From: an uncultured Nitrospiraceae bacterium
Lineage (GTDB): Bacteria > Nitrospirota > UBA9217
Reading direction: 5' to 3'
Assembly: GCA_964412455.1 (NCBI GenBank)
Contig: CAYPOT010000009.1
Coordinates: 5,179 to 69,178 of the forward strand
DNA: 64,000 bases
Part shown: piece by piece, positions 45,621 through 54,987 of the stretch
Layout of the letters: each line of letters begins with the position of its first letter
Position numbering within the stretch: the first letter of the stretch is position 1
Translations under genes and position numbers: made by a program
Notes under the pieces: generated by a model
Seen by the model: the letters and a program-made list of their open reading frames with translations, nothing else
Database searches by the model: none
What the model was told of the DNA's origin: nothing

Positions 45621-45861
45621 GGTATGCCAGGCATGACGCTCTGTACTTCGATACAGGCCGGTCAGGTGTGGCGCCTGACTGGCGACTTGGAGGTGCAAAT
45701 CCTCTACGGACCTTGATGGGAGGAACCGTTAGCCGAACAGCAAGGGTGTCCGGGGCGACCCGGAATCTGAAGGAAGCTGTAAGCAAAGTCCCGGCCTGAC
45801 GAACAGAAATCGCCTATCCGCCCATTGCACAGCGGACCTTAAAGCTATGCGGGGGAGGTCA

Positions 45862-45890
45862 TTGACATCCTGCTCGCCGGTCCGTATACT
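45862..45890 (+). promoter_or_regulatory. Sigma70-type promoter of the gsp operon
   Basis: TTGACA (45862-45867), 17 nt, TATACT (45885-45890). Confidence 0.55.
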
Positions 45891-45928
45891 GCTTTCGGAA
45901 AGGCGGTATAGCGCGCTGCCGGTGCCTG

Positions 45929-46486
45929 ATGAAGATCGACAATGACAGGATGCACAAAGTATTCGCAGCTCTTCTATTCATAGCGGGGAGCATGCTCGCC
46001 GCCATGGCCGCGCCTGTACCGGTCTGCCATGCGCAGACATCGGCGTACCGCCTGGTCGGAACGGTCGAGAGCGGGCCGTTCACCGGCGCGGTGCTGGACG
46101 ACTCCACGGACGGCCAGACCTTTTACCGGTTGAACGAGAAACTGGCTGACGAATCGCGGATCGTGAAAGTGAAGAGCGATCATGTCGTCCTGAAATGGCC
46201 GGACGGCGCAACGACCGAGCTTTACGTATCACAGGGAAGTGCGGTCAGTGCGGCCGGAGCTGCGCAACCGCGATCAACGCCGGACGTTCGGAACAGAGTG
46301 AAGCCTGTTCAGCCGCCATCGGTCCGTCCGGAGCCGAGCCCGGGCGGCGACGCCTTGGAGGAAAGACGCGCAAGGATAGAGCAAAACCGCAGGGATCTGG
46401 ATGCCAGGTTTGACAAGCAGAAAGGCCCGAGACAGGGAAGCAGCAGAAAGAGGAGCCGCTCCTCCGGCACAGACGAGGGGGACTGA
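45929..46486 (+). CDS. GspC-like protein (HR domain only, no PDZ)
   Basis: Signal/TM segment. YRLVGTVESGPFTGAVLDD...FYRLNEKLADESRIVKVKSDHVVLKWPDG is paralogous to the HR region of the next gene. Confidence 0.6.
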   Translation: MKIDNDRMHKVFAALLFIAGSMLAAMAAPVPVCHAQTSAYRLVGTVESGPFTGAVLDDSTDGQTFYRLNEKLADESRIVKVKSDHVVLKWPDGATTELYVSQGSAVSAAGAAQPRSTPDVRNRVKPVQPPSVRPEPSPGGDALEERRARIEQNRRDLDARFDKQKGPRQGSSRKRSRSSGTDEGD

Positions 46487-46593
46487 CGACGCCTTGTGCG
46501 GCAAGCAAAAAACACCCGTTTTTCCATGATGTTCCGCACCAAAAAAATTGACAATGCAGGAGCATGAGAGTATAATTTTTCAGGTGGCTTATT

Positions 46594-47427
46594 ATGAAGG
46601 AAGGCAGCAAACTATACACATTGGCCCTGCTCGCGCTCCTGACGCTGTCGGCGTACCTGCTTGCCGATACGGTGGACGCCATGATCGGCAGAAGCCTTGA
46701 CGCGTCCGCGAAGGTTTCGACGCCGGTCAACCAGGAGCGGGCGGGCATCGAGCCGCGCAAGGAACTATCCGATTATTCTTCGATCCTGGAGCGGGGGCTG
46801 TTCGGCGACGGCAAAGGGCCCTCGAGCGGTCCCGCGGCGGCGGAAACGTACACCACCCATACCCTCATCGGCACGGTCGAGGGCGACAGCTTTGCCGGCG
46901 CCGTGCTTGCCGATGCGGCGAACCTGCAGGCCTTCTACCGCCGGGGCCAGAAACTGCCCGACGGCGCTCAACTCGTCAAGGTGAACCGCGACCATGTCTC
47001 GCTCAAGCGGCCCGACGGCGTGATCGTCGAGATCCAGCTCGTCGACGATACGAAGATCGTGAACATTGCGAAGGCGGTCCCGGACAGCGGCGTCAGGAAA
47101 CTATCCGAGGGCAAGTACGTGGTCGATCAGCGCGAGGTCGCGTCCAGCACGGAGAACCTGAGCCAGCTCCTGACGCAGGCCCGCGCCCTTCCTTTTATCG
47201 AACAGGGAAAGACCGTGGGGTTCCGCATCAGCGAGATCGTACCCGGCAGCCTTTACGAGAAGATCGGACTGGTGAACGGCGACGTCATCCAGCGGGTGAA
47301 CTCGCAGGATGTGGACGATCCGGGCAAATTTTTCCAGATGTATCAGGGGCTGAAGGACGAGAGGCAGGTTTCCATCGATCTGCTCAGGAACGGCCAGCGG
47401 CAGACCGTGAACTACGATATCCGGTAA
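46594..47427 (+). CDS. gspC: Type II secretion system protein C
   Basis: N-terminal TM, HR domain (LIGTVEGDSFAGAVLAD...VKVNRDHVSLKRPDG) and C-terminal PDZ (GFRISEIVPGSLYEKIGLVNGDVI). Confidence 0.8.
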   Translation: MKEGSKLYTLALLALLTLSAYLLADTVDAMIGRSLDASAKVSTPVNQERAGIEPRKELSDYSSILERGLFGDGKGPSSGPAAAETYTTHTLIGTVEGDSFAGAVLADAANLQAFYRRGQKLPDGAQLVKVNRDHVSLKRPDGVIVEIQLVDDTKIVNIAKAVPDSGVRKLSEGKYVVDQREVASSTENLSQLLTQARALPFIEQGKTVGFRISEIVPGSLYEKIGLVNGDVIQRVNSQDVDDPGKFFQMYQGLKDERQVSIDLLRNGQRQTVNYDIR

Positions 47428-47527
47428 TAACTGCCGAAACGGGGAACAGAACGACCGTTTCTTTCCTGCTCCCCTGCTCCCCGGTCCTGATCTTCCAGCA
47501 GTTTCAGTAATTACGGAGGCCCATTAC

Positions 47528-49489
47528 GTGAAAATGATCCCGGCCCTGCTCCTCGCAGGGCTTCTTAGCATTAGTGTGACCTACGCGCAGGCCCCCGATC
47601 CCCCGGCGGCCGACCAGCAGGACCTTCCGAAGATCACCCGGACCAGGGATGATTATATCACGCTGAACTTTTCGAACATCGACATCGCCGCGCTGGTGAA
47701 GGTCATGAGCGAATTCACGCGCAAGAACTTCATTCTCGACGAAAAGGTCGCCGGGAAGGTGACGCTGATGACACCGACCAAGATATCACCGGAGGAGGCT
47801 TACCAGATATTTCTCTCGGCGCTTGAGATCAAGGGTTTCACCGCCGTGGAGGACGGCAGTATCATCCGTATCGTTCCCACTGCCCAGGCCCGGCAGAGCG
47901 GCCTCAGGGTGATGCTGGAAGGTGATATGCAGGGCGAGGGCTACGTCACCAAGATCATCCGCCTGTCCTATGTGAACCCCCAGGAGCTCGTCCGGACGCT
48001 TACGCCGCTCATCACCAGGGACGGCAACCTCATCGCCTCTCCCTCCACGAATTCGCTCATTATCACCGACTCCGTGTCCGCCATCAGGAAGATCGAGCAG
48101 CTGGTCGCCGCCCTGGACGTCCAGACCCCCACGGGCCAGGGCAAGATCAATGTGTATTACCTCAAACACGCGAGCGCGGAGGACATCTCCAAGGTGATGC
48201 AGGCGCTGGTGTCCCGGCTGCCGGTGCCGCCGCCGGGCGGCGCGGCCCAGCCCGCGGGCCCGGCAACGATCCTGGAGGGCGCGGTCACCATCACCGCGGA
48301 CAAGCTTACCAACTCGCTTATTGTCGTCGCCTCGCCCATCGACTACGAGACCATGAAGGACGTTATACAGAAGCTCGATATACGGCGGCGGCAGGTGTAC
48401 GTCGAGGCCGCCATCGTCGAGATGGGGCTCTCCAAATCGCGCGAGCTGGGATTCGAGTTCCAGGCGGCGAACCTCAACAAGCTCGAGGGAAGCAACCAGA
48501 CCAGCATCATTGGCGGCACGAACTTCGGCAATATCGCTACTGCGGCAAGCGGCCCGGTAGGCCTCGCGATGCTGCCCGGATTGAACGTAGGCGCCGTGAA
48601 GGGTACCTTCACGTACGATGGCCGGCAATTCCTGAACATCGGCGCGCTGCTGCACGCTCTCCAGTCCGACGGTGATGTGAACGTGCTGTCCACGCCCAAC
48701 ATCCTGACGAGCGACAACCAGAAGGCAGAGATCATGGTGGGCGAGAACGTGCCGTTCAAGACCGGCCAGTCCCAGAACGCGGCGACAGGCGGCAGTTCGA
48801 TCCTGACCACCATCGAGCGGAAGGACGTGGGCATCAGCCTCAAGATCACGCCCCAGATCACCTCCGAGGACAACGTGCGGCTCGAGATATACCAGGAGAT
48901 ATCGAACGTGGTCGAGAGCGCGACGCCTAACGCCGACGGCCCCACCACGAGCAAGCGCTCGGCGAGCACCACGGTGGTGATCAAGGACCGTGAGACCATG
49001 ATCATCGGCGGACTGATCCGCGACAACGTGACCACATCGGAGCGCAAGGTGCCGTTCCTGGGAGACATCCCTCTTCTCGGCTGGCTCTTCAAGTATAAGA
49101 GCACCAGGGTCGAGAAGGTCAATCTCATGATCTTCATCACGCCCTACATCATCAAAAACGAACAGGATGCCGCCGAGATCACGCGCCGGCAGAACGCGAC
49201 ACAGGAGGACTTCCGGAAGGACCAGCGCTTCGAGAAGAAGGGCATGGAGCCGGTCATGCCTGCACCTGATAAGCAGGACAGGGAAAAGAAGGATGCCGAA
49301 AAGAAGGCCCTCGTGACGCCGCCGGCGGCGGAACAACCGGTCGCTGTTGAAAGTGCGCCTGTCCCTGCGCCGAAAGCGGCGGAGGCCGGGAAAGAGGAGC
49401 CCGCCGCGACATCTGCTTCCCCCGCTTCTGCGGAACAGCCGGCAGCGCCTGCCGGGAATATCCCTGTCCCTGCCGAGGGCGCGCGGTGA
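47528..49489 (+). CDS. gspD: Type II secretion system secretin
   Basis: N0/N1-N3 domains and a secretin C-domain (VLSTPNILTSDNQKAEI...VPFLGDIPLLGWLF). Confidence 0.9.
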   Translation: MKMIPALLLAGLLSISVTYAQAPDPPAADQQDLPKITRTRDDYITLNFSNIDIAALVKVMSEFTRKNFILDEKVAGKVTLMTPTKISPEEAYQIFLSALEIKGFTAVEDGSIIRIVPTAQARQSGLRVMLEGDMQGEGYVTKIIRLSYVNPQELVRTLTPLITRDGNLIASPSTNSLIITDSVSAIRKIEQLVAALDVQTPTGQGKINVYYLKHASAEDISKVMQALVSRLPVPPPGGAAQPAGPATILEGAVTITADKLTNSLIVVASPIDYETMKDVIQKLDIRRRQVYVEAAIVEMGLSKSRELGFEFQAANLNKLEGSNQTSIIGGTNFGNIATAASGPVGLAMLPGLNVGAVKGTFTYDGRQFLNIGALLHALQSDGDVNVLSTPNILTSDNQKAEIMVGENVPFKTGQSQNAATGGSSILTTIERKDVGISLKITPQITSEDNVRLEIYQEISNVVESATPNADGPTTSKRSASTTVVIKDRETMIIGGLIRDNVTTSERKVPFLGDIPLLGWLFKYKSTRVEKVNLMIFITPYIIKNEQDAAEITRRQNATQEDFRKDQRFEKKGMEPVMPAPDKQDREKKDAEKKALVTPPAAEQPVAVESAPVPAPKAAEAGKEEPAATSASPASAEQPAAPAGNIPVPAEGAR

Positions 49490-51174
49490 GACGCCTGCTC
49501 GGCGAGATACTCGTTGAGTCAGGACTTTCCCCCGAACGGCTCAATAAGACCCTTGAACTCCAGAAAAAACGGGGTGGCCGCATCGGCACGCTCCTCATGC
49601 GGCTGAACTTCGCCACCGAGGCCGAGGTGCTCACGGCCCTGGGCGCCCAGCTCGGCCTTCCCTTCCAGCCAACGATCGGCGAGCTCGACCGCGAGCTTGC
49701 TCTCAAACTTCCCATCACCTACGCCAAGAAAGCCGTTGTCATTCCCCTTCGCCGGGAGGACGGGACCGTCCTCGCCGCGACGGCGGAGCCGCTCCTCCTG
49801 TCCACGGTGGACGACCTTGCCGTGCTGTTCGCTTCGCCTGTCGAACTTTGCCTCGCTCCGTCCGATGCGATCCTTGACAATCTGAACCGGCTGCACAGCG
49901 AGGGGCTGAACAAGGCCGAGGACACGGCGCAGGAAATGGAGGAGGAAGACCTGTCGTTCCTGGCCGCGGAGCTCGAAGAGCCTACGGACCTTCTTGAGGC
50001 GACCGACGACGCGCCGATCATCCGGCTCGTGAACTCGCTCCTGTCCCAGGCCATTCGCGAGCGGGCCAGTGATATTCACATCGAACCGTTCGAGAAGGAG
50101 GTCGTGGCGCGGTTCCGCATCGACGGCATCCTGTACAACATCCTGACCATCCAGAAGCGCTTCCAGGTCAGCATCGCCTCGCGCGTCAAGATCATGTCGG
50201 GGCTGAATATCGCCGAGAAACGGCTGCCCCAGGACGGCGGCATGCGGATCAAGATCGGCGGCAAGGACGTGGACATCCGCGTTTCCATCGTGCCCACGGC
50301 CTTCGGCGAGCGCATCGTGCTGCGCCTCCTGTATCGGGAAAGCGCGCTCCTGCCGCTGGACCAGATCGGTTTCACCGGCGAGACCCTCCGGCGGTTCGAA
50401 GAGTTCATCACCAAGCCGCACGGCATCATCCTCGTCACCGGTCCGACCGGCAGCGGCAAGACCACGACGCTCTATGGCGCGCTCTCCAAGATCAACTCGC
50501 CGGACAAGAACATCATCACCATTGAAGATCCCGTGGAATACCAGCTCAAGGGCATCGGCCAGATCCAGGTGAACGCCAAGATCCAGCTGACCTTCGCCGC
50601 CGGCCTCCGGTCCGTGCTGCGCCAGGACCCGGACGTGATCCTCGTGGGCGAGATACGGGACTCCGAGACCGCCGAGATCGCGATCCAGGCGGCGCTCACC
50701 GGTCACCTCGTCTTCTCCACGCTCCACACGAACGACGCGGCCGGGTCCATAACGCGCCTCCTGGACATGAAGGTCGAACCGTTCCTTATTTCCTCATCGG
50801 TCATGGCCATTCTGGCCCAGCGGCTGGTGCGCGTGCTCTGTACGCAATGCCGCGAGATCTATGAGCTGACGCCGCTGGAGATGAAGGAGCTCGAGGTCGT
50901 CCCGACCGGCCAGAACCCCATGGCGTACCGCGCCAAGGGATGTCCGGTGTGCTTTCAGACCGGGTATCTGGGACGGTCCGCCATATATGAACTGCTGGAG
51001 ATCGACGACGAGGTCCGCCAGCTCATCATGAAGAACGCCGACGCGTCGACGATCAAGGCCCTGGCGGTGAAGAAGGGGATGACGACCCTCCGCCAGGACG
51101 GCGCCGACAAGGTGCTGAAAGGCATCACGTCGGTGGACGAGGTCGTGCGGGTGACGCAGAAAGAAACGCAATAA
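49486..51174 (+). CDS. gspE: Type II secretion system ATPase
   Basis: Walker A GPTGSGKTTT, Asp/His boxes and a tetracysteine CTQC...CPVC motif. Overlaps the gspD stop. Confidence 0.9.
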   Translation: MRRLLGEILVESGLSPERLNKTLELQKKRGGRIGTLLMRLNFATEAEVLTALGAQLGLPFQPTIGELDRELALKLPITYAKKAVVIPLRREDGTVLAATAEPLLLSTVDDLAVLFASPVELCLAPSDAILDNLNRLHSEGLNKAEDTAQEMEEEDLSFLAAELEEPTDLLEATDDAPIIRLVNSLLSQAIRERASDIHIEPFEKEVVARFRIDGILYNILTIQKRFQVSIASRVKIMSGLNIAEKRLPQDGGMRIKIGGKDVDIRVSIVPTAFGERIVLRLLYRESALLPLDQIGFTGETLRRFEEFITKPHGIILVTGPTGSGKTTTLYGALSKINSPDKNIITIEDPVEYQLKGIGQIQVNAKIQLTFAAGLRSVLRQDPDVILVGEIRDSETAEIAIQAALTGHLVFSTLHTNDAAGSITRLLDMKVEPFLISSSVMAILAQRLVRVLCTQCREIYELTPLEMKELEVVPTGQNPMAYRAKGCPVCFQTGYLGRSAIYELLEIDDEVRQLIMKNADASTIKALAVKKGMTTLRQDGADKVLKGITSVDEVVRVTQKETQ

Positions 51175-51177
51175 TAA

Positions 51178-51305
51178 GCGCCAAATGACAAGAATCAAAT
51201 CACAAATAAATTTCAATTTTCAAACGCCAAATTCCAACCGTTTGGGATATTGATATTTGAATTTTGGAGCTTATTTGAGATTTGCTATTTGTAATTTGGA
51301 GCTTG
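51178..51305. repeat. AT-rich palindromic intergenic element, family D, copy 2
   Basis: CAAATCACAAATAAATTTCAA ... GCTTATTTGAGATTTGCTATTTGTAATTTGGAGC. Shares its right arm with 4049-4153. Confidence 0.75.
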
Positions 51306-51314
51306 TACCAATCC

Positions 51315-52532
51315 ATGCCCATCTACGAATACAAAGGCGTCAACGCAATCGGCAAGAGCATCTCCGGCGTCCTGGACGGCGAGAGCCTGAAGACCGTGAA
51401 GGCGAAGCTCAGGAAGGACGGCATCGTCGTTCTTGAGGTCCGTGAGGGCAGCGCGGTGCGGGCGGCGCGCTCACGGGAGTTCCACTTCGGCGGGGGAAGG
51501 GTCAAGGCCGGTGACCTCGCCAATGCCACGCGCCAGCTTGCCACGCTCCTTTCGGCCGGCCTCCCGCTCATGGAGGCGCTGAACGTGCTTGTGGACCAGG
51601 AGGAGGGCCAGGCGCTCAAAGGAGCGCTCGCGTCGGTGCGCGATTCGGTGCGCGGCGGATCCTCCCTCGCCGACGCCCTCAAGACGAACGCAAAGGTCTT
51701 CTCCCCGCTCTATGGGAACATGGTGACGGCCGGCGAGGCGAGCGGGACCCTCGAGATCACGCTGGACCGGCTCGCCGATTTTCTCGAGGAGCAGGTCCGT
51801 TTCCAGGGCAGGCTCACGGCGGCGCTGGCGTATCCCGCGCTCATGACCGTCATCGGCATCGGCGTTCTGTTCTTCCTGTTCAGCTTTGTCCTGCCCCGGG
51901 TCGTCGGGATGTTCGAGGATATGCGGCAGCAGCTCCCGTTCATTACCGTGGTCCTTCTGGCGGTGGTGCGGGTCCTGTCGGGATTCTGGTGGCTGATCCT
52001 GCTTACGGTGGGTGGCGCGGGTTGGTACGTGCAGCGGTATTTCAGCACGGCCGCGGGCAAGGTGAACCTGGACGGTTGGCTGCTACGCATGCCGGTGTTC
52101 GGGACGCTCATCCGGATGATCGCCGTGTCGCGGTTCACCCGGACCCTGGGGACGCTGCTGCAGAGCGGGGTGCCGACGCTCACGGCGCTGGACATCGTGC
52201 AGAACGTCATCGGGAACACGGTGCTTGCCGAGGCGGTCCGGAAGGCGCGCGAGAACGTGCGCGAGGGCGAATCCATCGCCGATCCCCTGCGGCGGAGCCG
52301 CCTCTTCCCGCCCGTGGTGGTCCAGATGATCTCGGTCGGTGAAAAGAGCGGCGAACTGGAAAAAATGCTCCTTAAAGTGTCGGATTCCTTCGACCGGACC
52401 GTGGAGTCGCGCATCGCCGCACTGATGTCCCTCGTGGAACCGGCGATCATCCTGGTGATGGGGCTCATTATCGGATTCATCGTCATCGCCATCCTGCTGC
52501 CGATCCTGCAGATGAGCTCGGCGGTGAGATAA
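51315..52532 (+). CDS. gspF: Type II secretion system inner-membrane platform protein
   Basis: Starts MPIYEYKGVN. Two GspF repeats with TM segments. Confidence 0.9.
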   Translation: MPIYEYKGVNAIGKSISGVLDGESLKTVKAKLRKDGIVVLEVREGSAVRAARSREFHFGGGRVKAGDLANATRQLATLLSAGLPLMEALNVLVDQEEGQALKGALASVRDSVRGGSSLADALKTNAKVFSPLYGNMVTAGEASGTLEITLDRLADFLEEQVRFQGRLTAALAYPALMTVIGIGVLFFLFSFVLPRVVGMFEDMRQQLPFITVVLLAVVRVLSGFWWLILLTVGGAGWYVQRYFSTAAGKVNLDGWLLRMPVFGTLIRMIAVSRFTRTLGTLLQSGVPTLTALDIVQNVIGNTVLAEAVRKARENVREGESIADPLRRSRLFPPVVVQMISVGEKSGELEKMLLKVSDSFDRTVESRIAALMSLVEPAIILVMGLIIGFIVIAILLPILQMSSAVR

Positions 52533-52586
52533 GTCGATTGCGGATTGCGGAGTGCGGAACGAGAACAGCCGATCCTGCGGTAAACC

Positions 52587-52644
52587 GTAGGGGCAACCCC
52601 ATGTGGTTGCCCCCGGGCGGGCGGCCACGCAGGACCGCCCCTAC
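52587..52644. repeat. REP-like element family A, copy 4
   Basis: GTAGGGGCAACCCCATGTGGTTGCCCCCGGGCGGGCGGCCACGCAGGACCGCCCCTAC. Confidence 0.85.
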
Positions 52645-52700
52645 GAATAGGGTTTCACCCGTGTCCATCTGTCGTTACTAAGGTTGTCAGGAGGTTCTTC

Positions 52701-53135
52701 ATGAAAAACCAGAAAGGTTTCACCCTCATCGAGATCATGGTCGTGGTGATCATTCTCGGGCTCCTGGCGGGTCTCGTCCTGCCGAAGATCCTCGGCCGCG
52801 AGGAAGAGGCGCGTGTCAGCTCTGCCAGGCTGCAGATCAAGTCCCTGGAGAACGCCCTCGACGGGTACAAGCTGGACAATGGTTTCTATCCGACGACGGA
52901 CCAGGGGCTCGAGGCGCTCATCAAAAAACCGGAGGCCGGCCGAATTCCGAACAAGTGGCGCGAGGGAGGATACCTGAAGCCGGCGCGCATTCCCAAGGAC
53001 CCCTGGGGCATTGACTTCCACTACTATTCCCCCGGCAACGAGAACCGTGAGTACGAGATCATTTCGTACGGTCCCGACGGCGAGCCGGGCGGCGAGGGCA
53101 AGAGCGCCGATGTTGAGAGCTGGAAGATAGAATAA
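52701..53135 (+). CDS. gspG: Type II secretion major pseudopilin
   Basis: Prepilin leader MKNQKG|FTLIEIMVVVIILG and the GspG core (ISYGPDGEPGG). Confidence 0.9.
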   Translation: MKNQKGFTLIEIMVVVIILGLLAGLVLPKILGREEEARVSSARLQIKSLENALDGYKLDNGFYPTTDQGLEALIKKPEAGRIPNKWREGGYLKPARIPKDPWGIDFHYYSPGNENREYEIISYGPDGEPGGEGKSADVESWKIE

Positions 53136-53209
53136 AGAAATGGGGATTGCGGATGGTTCGACGGGGCTCACCATCATGAGTGTGTCGACTGATTGCGGAT
53201 TGCGGAATG

Positions 53210-53262
53210 CCCCCTCACCCTGCCCTCTCCCCTCAGGGGAGAGGATTAAGGTGAGGGGTGGT
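53210..53262. repeat. Family B repeat, short copy
   Basis: CCCCCTCACCCTGCCCTCTCCCCTCAGGGGAGAGGATTAAGGTGAGGGGTGG. Confidence 0.7.
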
Positions 53263-53757
53263 GTTTCTTCCGGCTTCACGCTCATCGAGCTGGCGATGGT
53301 GATCGTGGTGCTGGGTGTCATGATCTCGCTCGTGATCCCGACCCTGGGCGAGATGACCGGGGCGAACCTGAAACGGAGCGCCCGGCACCTGACCGGCATG
53401 ATCCGTTTCCTGCGGGACGAGGCCGAGGCGAAAAAAACCGTGTACCGGCTCCGGTTCGATGTCACCGGCGGACACTACTGGGCCGAGACCCTGACCGTGA
53501 CCTCTGACCGGACCGCCGAGTTCAAACGGCTGTCGTCGGCCATTTCCACAGAAGGGAGCCTTTCGGGCAATACCACGTTCAAGGACGTCAAAGCCGGGAG
53601 CCATCCAGACGACCCGTATATCCTGTTCACCCCCGACGGCTGGGTGGAGAAGACCTTCATCCACCTGCGGGACGGCAATGGGAAGGATTTCACACTCCTC
53701 GTCCAGCCGCTCACCGGAGAAACCGAGCTCCGCGAGGGAGAGGTGGAGGAGAGATGA
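53251..53757 (+). CDS. gspH: Type II secretion minor pseudopilin H
   Basis: SSGFTLIELAMVIVVLGV prepilin N-terminus. GTG 53251 chosen because the upstream part of ORF 53140.. is repeat-derived. Confidence 0.7.
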   Translation: MRGGVSSGFTLIELAMVIVVLGVMISLVIPTLGEMTGANLKRSARHLTGMIRFLRDEAEAKKTVYRLRFDVTGGHYWAETLTVTSDRTAEFKRLSSAISTEGSLSGNTTFKDVKAGSHPDDPYILFTPDGWVEKTFIHLRDGNGKDFTLLVQPLTGETELREGEVEER

Positions 53758-54185
53758 GGCATTGCGGATTGCGAATTGCGGATTGCGAATTGCAAAAGAC
53801 GGATTTAAATCCACAATCCGCAATTCGCAATCCGCAATTAAATGGTTTTACCCTCCTTGAAGTGATGCTGGCGGTGGCGATCTTGTCCCTCGTGGTCGTT
53901 TCGCTGATGGGACTGAGCAGCCGAAGCACGCAGGATGTGATGCTTGCCGAACACATCACGACGGCGACGCTTCTGGCGAAGCGGGTCATGACCGAGACGC
54001 TCTTGATCCGCATCCAGCTTCCCCGGGAGGATGAGGGCGAGTTCGAAGAGGAGGAGTTCGGGGACTATGCCTGGAAGATGATCGTCGCTCCCACACCGGT
54101 GCCGCTTATCATGGAGGTGCGGGTGGCGGTCCTCTGGAAGGAAGGGGAGCGGGAAGAGAAAGTTGAGCTGGTGAGCTATGAATAG
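53754..54185 (+). CDS. gspI: Type II secretion minor pseudopilin I
   Basis: NGFTLLEVMLAVAILSLVVVSL prepilin N-terminus. The true start is uncertain: the ATG 53754 leader is encoded by a repeat, and an in-frame TTG lies closer. Confidence 0.7.
   Translation: MRHCGLRIADCELQKTDLNPQSAIRNPQLNGFTLLEVMLAVAILSLVVVSLMGLSSRSTQDVMLAEHITTATLLAKRVMTETLLIRIQLPREDEGEFEEEEFGDYAWKMIVAPTPVPLIMEVRVAVLWKEGEREEKVELVSYE
53759..53839. repeat. ATTGCGG/ATTGCGA tandem-heptamer inverted repeat
   Basis: GCATTGCGGATTGCGAATTGCGGATTGCGAATTGC ... AATCCGCAATTCGCAATCCGCAATT. Overlaps the annotated 5' end of gspI. Confidence 0.8.
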
Positions 54186-54879
54186 GACCAGTTCGGAGTT
54201 CGGAGTTCGGAGTGCGGAATGGAACAACAGGTGCTCTGGCGATCATGATCATACTCCGCAATCCGCAATCCGCAATCCGCACTCGAGTGGCTTCACGCTT
54301 CTCGAAGTGCTCCTGGCGCTGTCGATCCTGGCGGTCATCGCGACCACGATCTACAGCAGCTTTTCGACCGCTGGAAGGAATGTGGAGAGCGCCGAAGAAG
54401 TCCGTGACGGGACGGACCGGGCGCGGACCCTGCTTGCCCGGCTGACAAACGACATTGCGAACGCTTACGTCGGAATGAGCGGGACTTTCCTTTACGGCAA
54501 GAAGGTCGAGACGGAGGAGGACAAACTGCGTTTCGACAGCATCTATCTCACGACGCTGACGAACTGGCGGAAGCCGGACTCGAAAGAGATGGAGCTCTGG
54601 GAAGTCGGATATTTCTTCCAGGAGAGGCCCGACGGCAGCGGCCGCGTTCTGATGCGCAAGGAAAAGCGGGAGCTATCCAGCGACGTTCCTCCCCGCGAGG
54701 GCGGCATTGACTACGAGTTAACGGATACTGTTGCGGGTCTTCAACTTCGATATTCCTCTGACGGCGCGAAGTGGACCGATGAGTGGACCCAGGGTGGTCT
54801 GCCCAAGGCAGTGGACATCGTCCTGACCCTTGATGACGGCAGGGTCTACGCGACGAAGGTCGACATCGGGCATCAATAA
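54178..54879 (+). CDS. gspJ: Type II secretion minor pseudopilin J
   Basis: SGFTLLEVLLALSILAVIATTIYSSF prepilin N-terminus. The long leader overlaps the CGGAGTT/CCGCAAT heptamer arrays (54191-54285). Confidence 0.7.
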   Translation: MNRTSSEFGVRSAEWNNRCSGDHDHTPQSAIRNPHSSGFTLLEVLLALSILAVIATTIYSSFSTAGRNVESAEEVRDGTDRARTLLARLTNDIANAYVGMSGTFLYGKKVETEEDKLRFDSIYLTTLTNWRKPDSKEMELWEVGYFFQERPDGSGRVLMRKEKRELSSDVPPREGGIDYELTDTVAGLQLRYSSDGAKWTDEWTQGGLPKAVDIVLTLDDGRVYATKVDIGHQ

Positions 54880-54900
54880 AAAGAAAGTGCGGAGTGCGCG

Positions 54901-54987
54901 TAGACATGACCCTCACCCCTGCCCCTCTCCCCTGGAGGGAGAGGGAAAAAGGGAGAGGGGGGCTTTTTCAATGCGGAGTGCGGAAGG
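54901..54987. repeat. Family B repeat, long copy 2
   Basis: Nearly identical to 2514-2600 (TAGACATGACCCTCACCCCTGCCCCTCTCCCCTGGAGGGAGAGGGAAAAAGGGAGAGGGG...). Confidence 0.85.

Noticed and set aside
45689-45713. tRNA-like T-arm (GGAGG-TGCAAAT-CCTCT followed by a 7-nt ACGGACC).
   Set aside because: No complementary 5' acceptor strand, D-arm or canonical anticodon loop (U33) could be found upstream. The T-loop has G where the conserved second T is expected.
45674-45830. Resemblance to the ZTP (pfl) riboswitch core: UGACUGGCGA followed by a hairpin. Looser echoes of cobalamin, FMN, c-di-AMP and GEMM motifs were also considered.
   Set aside because: The conserved 3' CCGCCUGGGC-type element is absent and the P1 pairing is weak. 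The segment lies upstream of the -35 box of the next operon, and the downstream genes (T2SS) do not fit those regulons.
49486-49640. MshEN-type c-di-GMP binding motif at the GspE N-terminus (LLGEILVESGLSPERLNKTLELQ), and similarly in the orphan ATPase at 16720-16800.
   Set aside because: The spacing is one residue shorter than the 24-residue consensus as I recall it. That is insufficient to claim c-di-GMP binding.
53759-54285. Tandem ATTGCGG / CCGCAAT repeats considered as a possible CRISPR array.
   Set aside because: The units are only 7-8 nt with no unique spacers. They form inverted arms, and no cas genes are present.
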